From Candidatus Entotheonellaceae bacterium (GTDB lineage: Bacteria; Tectomicrobia; Entotheonellia; Entotheonellales; Entotheonellaceae): a DNA stretch of 64,000 nt. Below are positions 17,847 to 26,872 of the stretch, piece by piece. The position numbers were made by a program, and so were the translations under genes. The DNA is taken from NCBI GenBank assembly GCA_965238075.1, contig OZ250173.1:2656001-2720000 (forward strand), given 5' to 3'. The notes below the pieces were generated by a model. It worked only from the letters and a program-made list of their open reading frames with translations, did not search any database and was not told where the DNA came from. Numbering within the stretch: the first letter of the stretch is position 1; the number at the start of each line of letters is the position of its first letter.

Positions 17847-18746
17847 TTGCTGGATTATCAGGTATTGCAAAGCTTGCTGGACGCCCACCGCGAGGCCGTC
17901 CGCCAGCCGGTGCGGACCTTTGACATTGGCGGACGCCCGTTTGACTTCAACCGCTACCGCTATCTGGTCGGCGTGATCAACCTGTCTACCGATTCGTGGT
18001 ACCGGGAGAGTGTCTGTCCGACCACTGAGGAAGCCATCGCCCGCGCCGAGCGGCTGCACCAGGATGGTGCGGACATCATCGACGTGGGGGCCGAATCGAC
18101 CTTGCCGGAGGCGCGACAGGCCGACGTCGCGCAGCAACTCGACCGCCTGCTGCCGGTGGTGGAGGCGCTGAAAGCGCGCCGGTTGCTGGTTTCGGTGGAA
18201 AGCTATTACCCGGAAGTCCTGGAAGCCTGCGTCCGTGCCGGAGCCGACATTTTCAACATAACCGGCACTCGCTATGGCGACGACATCTTCCGGCTGGCTG
18301 CCGACTACGACGCGGCGGTCATTCTGTGCTACGTCCAGGGCGACACCGTGCGCGATGTGTCGGACTTTCGGTTTCACGACGACATGACGGCCGAAGTCAG
18401 CGACTACTTCCGCGCCCTCACCACCCACGCCGCCGGCCTCGGCGTCAGCAAGTGCTTCATCGATCCGGGGCTGGGCTTCTACTACCGCAACTTGCAGGAC
18501 AGCAATTTGCGCATCAACTACCAGCTCAACACCTTCCTGAACTGCTTCCGCCTGCACACATTGGGCTACCCGACGTTCAACATCCTGCCGCACGCTCCCG
18601 AAATTTTCCTGGAGGACGAGCGCCGATCCGCCGAGCCGTTTTTCAGTGTACTGGCTCTGCTGGGTGGCACCCACGTCATTCGCTCGCACGAAATCCGCAC
18701 GGTGCACCGCGTTCGTCAGATCATGGCGTTGTATCAGTCTGCCTGA
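17847..18746 (+). CDS. Dihydropteroate synthase-like pterin-binding protein (atypical)
   Basis: GVINLSTDS, GADIIDVGAEST, IDPGLGF, IRSHE. The canonical SRK motif is absent. Confidence 0.8.
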   Translation: MLDYQVLQSLLDAHREAVRQPVRTFDIGGRPFDFNRYRYLVGVINLSTDSWYRESVCPTTEEAIARAERLHQDGADIIDVGAESTLPEARQADVAQQLDRLLPVVEALKARRLLVSVESYYPEVLEACVRAGADIFNITGTRYGDDIFRLAADYDAAVILCYVQGDTVRDVSDFRFHDDMTAEVSDYFRALTTHAAGLGVSKCFIDPGLGFYYRNLQDSNLRINYQLNTFLNCFRLHTLGYPTFNILPHAPEIFLEDERRSAEPFFSVLALLGGTHVIRSHEIRTVHRVRQIMALYQSA

Positions 18747-18774
18747 ATCCCACTCTGTCTGCCCGGCTACAACA

Positions 18775-18798
18775 TCGGATTACGCTAATCCGACCTAC
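18775..18798 (-). repeat. GTAG-type REP palindrome
   Basis: Reverse complement GTAGGTCGGATTAGCGTAATCCGA; same family as 26835 and 37748. Confidence 0.75.
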
Positions 18799-18807
18799 TG
18801 CTCCGAC

Positions 18808-20907
18808 CTATGCCGCCAAACCCGCGTGCCGGAGTAAAGCGGCGGTCGCCGGCTCCCGACCTCGAAACGCCTGGAATATCTCCATGGGTGGGCGGCTGCC
18901 GCCCAGCGCCAGGATCGTTTCGCGATACCGACGGCCAACGGCCGCCACCGCACGTGGGTCGTCCACGCCGGCTTCTTCAAACGCCGCAAAGGCATCGGCG
19001 CTCAAGACCTCGGCCCACTTGTAGCTGTAGTAACCGGCCGCGTAGCCGCCGGCGAAGATGTGGCCGAAGCTGCACAGGAAACGATCTTCGGGAAGGGGCG
19101 GCAGCACACTGGTCAGCGGTGCCAGCCGACGTTGCAGGTCAAAGGCGCTTTCCGTGCCGTGTGGGTCGTGGCCATGGTGCAGGGCCAGATCGATGAGGCC
19201 GAAGGAAAGCTGCCGCAGCATGAGACTGCCGGCGCGGTAGTGCCGGGCGGCGCAGAGTTTGTCGTACAGGTCGTCTGGCAGCGGCTCGCCGGTTTCCACG
19301 TGGGCGCTCATGCCGAGCAGCGTTTCGCGGTGATAGCACCAGTTCTCCATGAACTGGCTTGGCAGTTCCACGGCGTCCCAATCCACGTTATTGATACCCG
19401 ACGCCATGCCGTAGTCGATGGCGGTGAGCATGTGATGCAGACCGTGCCCGAACTCGTGGAACAGGGTCCGCAGTTCGGTGAACGACATCAGCGAGGGTTG
19501 GTCGCCCACGGGCGGCGTCTGATTGCAGATGAGATAGGCCACCGGCAGGCGAACCGACTGCCCGGACGGCGCCAGGAGGCGGCTGCGGCCCACGCACTCG
19601 TCCATCCAGGCGCCGCCGCGTTTTTCGGCGGGACGGCTGCAGGGATCGAGATAGAACGCGGCGATTTCCTGGTCGTGCTCGTCGTAGATACGGAAGAATC
19701 GTACGTCCTCCTGCCACACGGGCGCGTCGCCGTCCGCCGCCTCGATGCGCACCCCGAACAGGCGCCGGGCGAGGGCGAACAGACCGTCCAGTACGCGCGG
19801 CAGGGGAAAATACGGTCGCAGGGCTTCTTCGCTGAAATCGTACTGCTGTTCACGCTGGCGCTCGGCCCAGAACGGCAGGTCCCAATGGCGCAGGTCCGCC
19901 GCTTCAGGGGCTCCGGCTGCCGCGGCGCATTGCCGCTGGTCTTCCAGGTCCTGCTGCGCCGCAGCCAGGGATGCCTGCCGCAGTTCCTCCAGAAAGCTCT
20001 CGACAGTCGGCACGTTCGGGGCCATTTTGCTGGCCAGGCTGATCTCGGCGAAGCTGCCGTAGCCCAGCAAGGCGGCCATTTCCTGCCGCAACTGCAGGAT
20101 GCGGGCGATGAGCGGGGCGTTGTCCAGATCGCCGCTGCTGGCGCGGGTGATTGAGGCACGGTAAAACCGCTCTCGCAAGCCGCGACGCCGGCTGTGCGCC
20201 ATGAAGGGCATGAAGGACGGGTAATCCAGCGTGATGCGCCAGGGGCCGTTCTCCACCGTCGCGTCCGGCGTTCCCGCCTCGCGGGCTGCCTGGGCCGCGA
20301 CGTGCAAGAGACTAGTCGGCAGGCCCTCCACGTCTTGCGGGTCCTCCAAGATCAGCGCGAAGGCTTTGGTGGCGTCCAGAACGTGGTTGCTGAACTGGGT
20401 GCTGAGTTCGGCCAGTTCTTGCTGGATGGCGTTGAAGCGCTCCTTTTTTTCGCCTTGCAGCCCGACGCCGGACAGTTCGGCATCGCGCAGCAGCACCTCG
20501 ACAATGCGCTTCTGGGTCGCGTCGCAATCCTGCCAGGCAGCGCCGTTTCGCAGCTCATGCAGCGCTTGATAAACGGCTTGGCTCTGTCCCAGCCGCATGA
20601 AGAACTGCACGATTTCGGGTTGCATTTCCTCGTAGGCGCGGCGCAGTTCCTCACTGTTCTTGACGCCCATCAGGTGCCCCACGATGCCCCACGTCACCCG
20701 CAGACGGTCCCCGAGGCGTTCGAGCGGCTCAACCAGCCCCGTCCACGTGGGTTGCGCGTGCGCCTCCAGGAGCTGCAATTCGACGTCGAGTTCATTCAGG
20801 ATTTGCCGCATGGCCGGCGCCACGTGCTCGGCGCGAATGCGGTCGAAGGCGGGGAAAATGCTGCTTTCCAGGAGCGGATTTGTGGCCGCGGGTTGGGTTT
20901 CATTCAT
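18808..20907 (-). CDS. prlC: Oligopeptidase A (M3 family)
   Basis: FHEFGHGLHH zinc motif, VELPSQFMENW, GYYSYKWAE. Confidence 0.95.
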   Translation of the reverse strand: MNETQPAATNPLLESSIFPAFDRIRAEHVAPAMRQILNELDVELQLLEAHAQPTWTGLVEPLERLGDRLRVTWGIVGHLMGVKNSEELRRAYEEMQPEIVQFFMRLGQSQAVYQALHELRNGAAWQDCDATQKRIVEVLLRDAELSGVGLQGEKKERFNAIQQELAELSTQFSNHVLDATKAFALILEDPQDVEGLPTSLLHVAAQAAREAGTPDATVENGPWRITLDYPSFMPFMAHSRRRGLRERFYRASITRASSGDLDNAPLIARILQLRQEMAALLGYGSFAEISLASKMAPNVPTVESFLEELRQASLAAAQQDLEDQRQCAAAAGAPEAADLRHWDLPFWAERQREQQYDFSEEALRPYFPLPRVLDGLFALARRLFGVRIEAADGDAPVWQEDVRFFRIYDEHDQEIAAFYLDPCSRPAEKRGGAWMDECVGRSRLLAPSGQSVRLPVAYLICNQTPPVGDQPSLMSFTELRTLFHEFGHGLHHMLTAIDYGMASGINNVDWDAVELPSQFMENWCYHRETLLGMSAHVETGEPLPDDLYDKLCAARHYRAGSLMLRQLSFGLIDLALHHGHDPHGTESAFDLQRRLAPLTSVLPPLPEDRFLCSFGHIFAGGYAAGYYSYKWAEVLSADAFAAFEEAGVDDPRAVAAVGRRYRETILALGGSRPPMEIFQAFRGREPATAALLRHAGLAA

Positions 20908-20945
20908 GGTATGCAATTCCTTATTCAGGTGCGTCCGAGGGTTTG

Positions 20946-22529
20946 TCAACTCGCGGGAGAGCTCGCTTTACCCATCCACAGGGCAGGAATGATGCCCAGG
21001 GCCGTGATGGTGCCGATGAGCAGAAAGGTGTCGTGATAGCTGTGCAATGCTGCTTCCGTGCCGACCAGGTCGTGCAGTACGGCCAGAGACTTCATTTGCG
21101 CCGTCTGGTTCAGGTCGCCGAGATGCTCGAAGGTGGTGGTCAAGGAGCCCAGCAGCTTGTCGGTGCCGAGCGGCGACAGCATGTGGTCCTGTGCCAACAG
21201 GGTGGTGCGCTCCGCCACGCGGTTTTGAAACACCGTGGCCGCCAGTGCCACGCTGCCGGTGCTGGCGATGCCGCGATTCAGGCTCAGCAAGCCGGAGCCC
21301 ATTCGCACCTCGGATTCGTTCAGGGCCGATAACGACACCGCGGACAGCGGCGCGATGGTAAAGGCTCGCGCAAAGCCCCGCGCCGTCAGCCACAGGGTGA
21401 TGGTGCCGACGCTGGTCCAGGTCGTGATGGAGGCGTACTGAACCAGGCAGAAAGCTACTGCGCCGAGGCCGAAAATGATCAGGAATTTCCCCGGCAAAAG
21501 GTCGGCGAGACGCCCGGCGCCGACGCTCAGGACGCCGATGACCACGGCGGACGGCATCATCATCCAGGCCGCTTGCAGGGGCGTGTAATCCAGGTGGATT
21601 TGCAGGAACAAGATAACAATAAAGTTGGCGGCCATAAAGCTGATCGTGTTGATGAAAACCACGATTGACGCCAAGGAGAAAGCCAAACTTCTGTAAAGCC
21701 GCAACTCCACGAACGGCTGCTCGTGGCGCAACTCGGCGATGATGAAACTGGCCCCGGCGACCAACGCCACGCCGAAAAGCGTCAGGATGTACTGCGAATC
21801 CCAGCCCTCAGCGCTTCCCTGGCTGACGGCCAGCAGCAGCGACACCAGAAACGCCGCCAGCGTCAGCATGCCCGCGACGTCCAGGGGTCTGTCGCTCTGC
21901 CGCGGTGCCGCCGGCAAGATGAGATACGCCAGGATCAGTCCGACGATGCCCACTGGCACGTTGATGTAGAACACCGCCCGCCAACTGGCGTGTTCGATCA
22001 GGTAGCCGCCGAGCACCGGGCCCATCATCGGGCCCAGCGAGAAGCCCAATGAACTGACGCCCATCGCCAGGCCGCGCTTCTCCTTGGGAAAGGTCTCGAA
22101 CAAGATGACCTGCGAGGTGGGGAACAGCAACCCGCCGCCCACCGCCTGCACGAGCCGAAACGCAATCAGCGACGATATGTCCCACGCCAGGCCGCTGAGC
22201 GCCGAGCCGCCCACGAAAATGCCGAGGGCCAGCAGATACACTCTGCGGTTGCCCAGCCGCGCCCCGATCCAACCGACGCTCGGCATGATCACCGCCTGCA
22301 TGATCATGTAGCCGGTCTGCACCCACTGCATCACGTCGAGATCGACCCGCAGGCTGGTCATGATTTTCGGAAAGGCGATATTCACGACCGTCACGCTCAG
22401 GCCGACGGTCGTAAAGCCCACCATCAGCCCGGCGGTGATCCACCAATGGTAATAGGGGCTACCTGCCCCCAAAGCCGGGCGCAGAAGGGAAGGCTGATCG
22501 GAATATGCGTAGGAAGAAGGTACAGCCAT
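20946..22529 (-). CDS. DHA2 (EmrB/QacA) MFS transporter
   Basis: 14-TM pattern, WRAVFYINVPVG, GPMMGPVLGGY. Confidence 0.9.
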   Translation of the reverse strand: MAVPSSYAYSDQPSLLRPALGAGSPYYHWWITAGLMVGFTTVGLSVTVVNIAFPKIMTSLRVDLDVMQWVQTGYMIMQAVIMPSVGWIGARLGNRRVYLLALGIFVGGSALSGLAWDISSLIAFRLVQAVGGGLLFPTSQVILFETFPKEKRGLAMGVSSLGFSLGPMMGPVLGGYLIEHASWRAVFYINVPVGIVGLILAYLILPAAPRQSDRPLDVAGMLTLAAFLVSLLLAVSQGSAEGWDSQYILTLFGVALVAGASFIIAELRHEQPFVELRLYRSLAFSLASIVVFINTISFMAANFIVILFLQIHLDYTPLQAAWMMMPSAVVIGVLSVGAGRLADLLPGKFLIIFGLGAVAFCLVQYASITTWTSVGTITLWLTARGFARAFTIAPLSAVSLSALNESEVRMGSGLLSLNRGIASTGSVALAATVFQNRVAERTTLLAQDHMLSPLGTDKLLGSLTTTFEHLGDLNQTAQMKSLAVLHDLVGTEAALHSYHDTFLLIGTITALGIIPALWMGKASSPAS

Positions 22530-22698
22530 GGATACGTTGGGAAGCGTCTTTTGCGCTCCTGTCTCCTTCAGTTGGACTTGACTCGACGCCGAAGCGGACA
22601 GGTGCTCGATCTCGCTCGCGCGTCGTGGGTGTTACCCCCATTGGTAGGGTATAACATCCTCGGCGTTGACACGTCCTGGTAAAAAATAAGGAGTGGGG

Positions 22699-22870
22699 AT
22701 GCATTCCAACTGGTTCGTTCGTGGCGACGTTGACAGTTTCTTCGGTCTCTTTTTCGATAATCTGGCCAATCTGATGCTTATCGCCGTCCTGGACGCACCC
22801 GTCCCGGGGTAGCGGCGTTGGTAGGGTGCTCTATGCCTGGCAGGCCAGACGGCTGATGCGGCGCAGCCAG
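22699..22870 (+). pseudogene. Remnant of an NCS2/AzgA-like nucleobase permease
   Basis: RBS AAGGAG, then MHSNWFVRGDVDSFFGLFFDNLANLMLI with stop at 22812. A fragment YAWQARRL follows in another frame. Confidence 0.6.
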
Positions 22871-23052
22871 CGTCGTCTTCCCTGGTCTTATCCGTCCGTA
22901 ATTGTGCCGATGGGTCTGTCCAATATGTTGGGATCATTGCAAAACGGGGAGTGCCGCGGCACCGGGATTTGCGGTGATGTAGGCCTTGGGCACCGTGTTT
23001 ATGGTGAGATTACACGCAGCGGGGCAGGGGCAGGTCGAGGCGTGATTCCGTA

Positions 23053-24882
23053 TCACTCAACCGTGACGGATTTTGCCAAATTGCGCGGCTGGTCGATGTC
23101 GCAGCCGCGTTCCATCGCGCAATAGTAGGCAAAGAGCTGCAGAGCGACGACAGCCGGGATGGGCTGCAGAAAATCCAGGGTGGCGGGGGTGTAGATCACG
23201 TCGTCGGCGATGTCGCCGATTTCATAATCGCCCTCGGTGGCAATGGCGACAATCCTGCCGTTGCGGCTTTTGATTTCTTGCATGTTGGAAACGGTTTTCT
23301 CGTAGGTGGTGTCGCGGGTAGCCAGGCAGACGGTGGGGAAATTCTCGTCGATCATGGCGATAAAACCGTGTTTCATCTCGCCGGCGGCGCAGCCCTCGGC
23401 GTGAATGTACGAAATTTCCTTGAGCTTCAGGGCACCCTCCAAGGCCATGGGGTAGTTGTACTTGCGGCCGATAAACAGAAAATTGTTGGCCTGTGTGTAC
23501 TTTGCCGCGATGGCGTGGATGTGGTTGGCCTCCTTGAGAACCCTGTTGATGTGGTCGGGCAGGCGCATGAGACCGTTGACGACTTCCATGCCATCCGTCA
23601 CTGACAAGTGATTGAAGCGCCCGTGCAGCAGCGCCATCATGGCCAGGATGCAGCACTGGCTGGTAAAAATTTTGGTCGAGGCCACGCCGATTTCCGGGCC
23701 GCCGTGGTTGTACACGCCCGCCTTGGTCATCCGGCTGATGGTCGATCCCACCACATTGACGAGCCCCAGCAGCAAGGCCCCCTTGCGTTCCGCCTCTCGC
23801 ATCGCCGCCACGGTGTCGGCCGTTTCGCCGGACTGGCTGATGGCCAGCACCACGGTGCCGGGGCGGATGTTGGTCTTGCGGTAGCGCATTTCGCTGGCGA
23901 TTTCCACCTCCACGATGAGGTCGGTGAGCTTTTCGAAGATGTAGCGGGCGTACAGGCCGGCGTAGTAGCTGGTGCCGCAGGAAATAATCACCAGGTGCTG
24001 CGCCGCTTTCATTCCTTCTTCGAGCACGTCGTCCAGGCCGCCGAAGTGCGCCATGCCCTCGCTTTCAACCAGGCGTCCGCGGATGGCGTTGGTAATGGTT
24101 TCGGGCTGCTCGAATATCTCCTTGAGCATGTAGTGCGGAAAGCCCTCCAGATCGGCGGCGTTGTCCTGCCACTCGATAGGTTCGGCGTCGCGCTGCACCT
24201 GTTTTCCGGCCAGGGTGTCGATGGTGAAGTCCTTGGTGGTGACGCTGACGATGTCATCGTCTTCAAGGTAAACGACCTTGTCCGTAAGCCGCAGAAAGGC
24301 CGACACGTCGCTAGCCAGCAACATTTCGCCATCCCCGACCCCAAGCACCATGGGCGAGCCGCGCCGTGCCGCCACCAATTGATCCGGATGGCGGGTGTGC
24401 ATCACCACCAGGCCGTAAGTGCCGGTCACCTGTCCCAGGGCCTGTTTGACGGCCTGAACGAGATCGCCCTTGTAAGCGTCGTCGATAAGGTGCGCCATGA
24501 CTTCCGTATCGGTCTCGGAGGTAAAGCGGTAGCCGCGGCTGGTGAGTTGCGAGCACAGGCTCTGGTAGTTCTCGATGATGCCGTTGTGGATGAGCATGAT
24601 CGTCTCGTCGCCGTTGGCGTGCGGATGGGCGTTGGCTTCCGACGGCTTGCCGTGCGTGGCCCAGCGGGTGTGGCCGATGCCGATGGTTCCCTCGAACTGA
24701 TGCTGTGCGATTTTGGCCGCCAGCTTCTCCACTTTGCCCGGCATGCGAACGCGGCATACCGCATCGTTCTCGATCACGGCGATGCCGGCCGAGTCGTAAC
24801 CGCGGTATTCGAGCCGCCGCAATCCCTCGATGAGAATTGGCGTGGCAGGCTTGTTGCCAATGTAGCCGATGATGCCGCACAT
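23053..24882 (-). CDS. glmS: Glutamine--fructose-6-phosphate transaminase (isomerizing)
   Basis: MCGIIG N-terminus, GHTRWATHG, SQSGETAD, PRNLAKSVTVE. Confidence 0.98.
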   Translation of the reverse strand: MCGIIGYIGNKPATPILIEGLRRLEYRGYDSAGIAVIENDAVCRVRMPGKVEKLAAKIAQHQFEGTIGIGHTRWATHGKPSEANAHPHANGDETIMLIHNGIIENYQSLCSQLTSRGYRFTSETDTEVMAHLIDDAYKGDLVQAVKQALGQVTGTYGLVVMHTRHPDQLVAARRGSPMVLGVGDGEMLLASDVSAFLRLTDKVVYLEDDDIVSVTTKDFTIDTLAGKQVQRDAEPIEWQDNAADLEGFPHYMLKEIFEQPETITNAIRGRLVESEGMAHFGGLDDVLEEGMKAAQHLVIISCGTSYYAGLYARYIFEKLTDLIVEVEIASEMRYRKTNIRPGTVVLAISQSGETADTVAAMREAERKGALLLGLVNVVGSTISRMTKAGVYNHGGPEIGVASTKIFTSQCCILAMMALLHGRFNHLSVTDGMEVVNGLMRLPDHINRVLKEANHIHAIAAKYTQANNFLFIGRKYNYPMALEGALKLKEISYIHAEGCAAGEMKHGFIAMIDENFPTVCLATRDTTYEKTVSNMQEIKSRNGRIVAIATEGDYEIGDIADDVIYTPATLDFLQPIPAVVALQLFAYYCAMERGCDIDQPRNLAKSVTVE

Positions 24883-25014
24883 AACGTGTCTCCATAGAGA
24901 ATGCGAGGGTCTTGTCGATGGCTGACTCGAGTCTGGGAAGCACTAGGATACAACAAAAGAATTGCCGTATCGACGACGCTATTTTCGTCAGGCAACGGGC
25001 AGTCTGGGTCGCCC

Positions 25015-25623
25015 TTACGGAGCCTGCCAAAGGATGGATTCGTCCTCATCGAAAAACAGCACTTTAGGGGCGGAGCGTTCGACGAGCTCACCGCTAGGCT
25101 TGACCTTCAGCTCTGTTGAGCCCATCAAGATGCGATCCTTGCCGTTCTGGTCGGCGAACCGCAGGAAGGGGGCACCGTTGGGCCACGTGGCCAGGACGGC
25201 GCGGTTCTTCCAGTTGGCGTCCAGGAAACGCAGTGAGACGCCGCCGGTGCCGCTGGCACTCAGCAGGGCGCCACTGCGCCCCGCCTGGCTGAATAGGTTG
25301 AGCGAAGACGAGCCATCATCATCCACGCTCAGCAGGATGCGGCTGCGCCGGCCGTCGTCATAGAAGCCCAGTCCCAAGACGCCGTGCGGCAACCGGCCAA
25401 GCCTGGCGAGCGTCGTGCCTTGTTCGTCAACGAGCAGGAAGGCCTTGGCTCGCAATTCGTCAACGACTGGCGGCCGTGCCGTTCCCTGGGCGCCTATGAG
25501 CACCCCAACGCCCAGCAACGCCAGCGCCATCGTCGCCAGCAGTTTCCATCGCCGGTTGGACCTCTCCAGGCGCGCCAAGCGCCCGGCAATGGCCTCGACT
25601 TGTAACTCATGTCCATGTTTCAT
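25015..25623 (-). CDS. Hypothetical membrane-anchored protein with repeated beta-hairpin motif
   Basis: Short coiled coil plus TM helix, then repeats of L/F-x-D-xx-G-xx-R-xx-L. Confidence 0.7.
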   Translation of the reverse strand: MKHGHELQVEAIAGRLARLERSNRRWKLLATMALALLGVGVLIGAQGTARPPVVDELRAKAFLLVDEQGTTLARLGRLPHGVLGLGFYDDGRRSRILLSVDDDGSSSLNLFSQAGRSGALLSASGTGGVSLRFLDANWKNRAVLATWPNGAPFLRFADQNGKDRILMGSTELKVKPSGELVERSAPKVLFFDEDESILWQAP

Positions 25624-25817
25624 CAGGCATCATCCCCGTCTGTAGCCACATCGCTATCCGCTAAGTTATTGTAGCCTATGGCAGGCGGGGACGGCATGGC
25701 CCAGCGTCCGCGATGGGTTGCATCGCTCGCTGTAGCTGGGTTATAACCTTGTGGTGTGTTCACGAACAATCGAACTTGGCACCCGGAAACTGTTGAAGGT
25801 GAGAGGGAGGGGCTTAC

Positions 25818-26765
25818 ATGAAAACTCTGCGTACGCCAGTAAGCTGGCGTTGGCTCGGTGTCTTGACTATCTGCTGCGTAACGGCGGTGGGTTGCGCGTA
25901 CAATGAAACGTTTGAAGCGCCGCCGTCACCTCTCAACCAGTTGGCCGAGGTTGCCGAGGCACTCGACGCGGTCAACGAACGTGGCTATGGAGAGCACTTC
26001 CCTGACGACCTGGCCGCTTTGCAGGCGCGCTACAAGGCGGCGCGGTTCGAGTATTATTCGTCCAGGACGCAACAGTCCAGTGAGATGTCGATGAGCATCA
26101 TTGCCGATGCGAACGAGTTGATGCGCCAGCCTTGGGCCAGCCCCACCATGAATCAGTCCCCAGTGGCCAGGTTCAGCGGTCCGGCAACGGGCAGAGCGCT
26201 CCAGTCTCTTCTGTTCGACGCCTCGGCGTCCGTGGATCCCGAGGGTGATCCGCTTATTTATATGTGGGATTTCGGTGATGGAACGACCCAGCGAGTGCTG
26301 TGGCCGCAGGCGGAACACCGGTTTGCCGTTGCCCGTACGCATATCGTGCGTTTGACTGTTAGCGACCATCAGGGGGAATCGGACACCGCAAGCCAGGTGA
26401 TAACGATCGCACAGCCAATCGTGATCCCGCGGCCGGCGATTGTCTTGTTCGAGTTTGATTCGGCAGACTTGCAGGCCAACGCGATGGCGCAGCTTGGAGA
26501 AGTCGTGCAGGCCATGATGCAGCAGCCGACCTTGGAGGCCGACGTTGTGGGGCATGCCGACGCCCAGGGAACTGAGTCATACAACCTGGCGCTTTCGCAG
26601 CGTCGGGCGCAGACCGTGAGTAACTACCTGACCACCAGCGGCGTTTCGGCGGACAGGATCAGCACGAGCTGGCGCGGCGAGTCGGAACCGGCTTTCCCCA
26701 ACACGACCGCCGAGTTCCGCGCCCTCAACCGGCGTGTGGAAGTCACCGTGCGCCCCCCCATGTAG
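25818..26765 (+). CDS. OmpA-family lipoprotein with PKD domain
   Basis: Lipobox AVGC, PKD motif YMWDFGDG, OmpA C-terminal GHAD...NLALSQRRA...NRRVE. Confidence 0.88.
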   Translation: MKTLRTPVSWRWLGVLTICCVTAVGCAYNETFEAPPSPLNQLAEVAEALDAVNERGYGEHFPDDLAALQARYKAARFEYYSSRTQQSSEMSMSIIADANELMRQPWASPTMNQSPVARFSGPATGRALQSLLFDASASVDPEGDPLIYMWDFGDGTTQRVLWPQAEHRFAVARTHIVRLTVSDHQGESDTASQVITIAQPIVIPRPAIVLFEFDSADLQANAMAQLGEVVQAMMQQPTLEADVVGHADAQGTESYNLALSQRRAQTVSNYLTTSGVSADRISTSWRGESEPAFPNTTAEFRALNRRVEVTVRPPM

Positions 26766-26781
26766 CCTACCTGTCTTCGAT

Positions 26782-26866
26782 TGTGGCACGGTCTATCGCC
26801 TGTCCGTCCTCGGCGTGACCGTGCCACACCCACCGTAGGTCGGATTCGCTGCAGGCGTAATCCGAC
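26782..26866. repeat. Inverted repeat plus GTAG-type REP between convergent genes
   Basis: TGTGGCACGGTC...GACCGTGCCACA (26782-26828) and GTAGGTCGGATTCGCTGCAGGCGTAATCCGAC (26835-26866). Confidence 0.7.
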
Positions 26867-26872
26867 GTTCCA

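Noticed and set aside
24883-25014. Possible glmS ribozyme upstream of glmS
   Set aside because: No recognisable AGCGCC...GACGAGG core on the coding strand.
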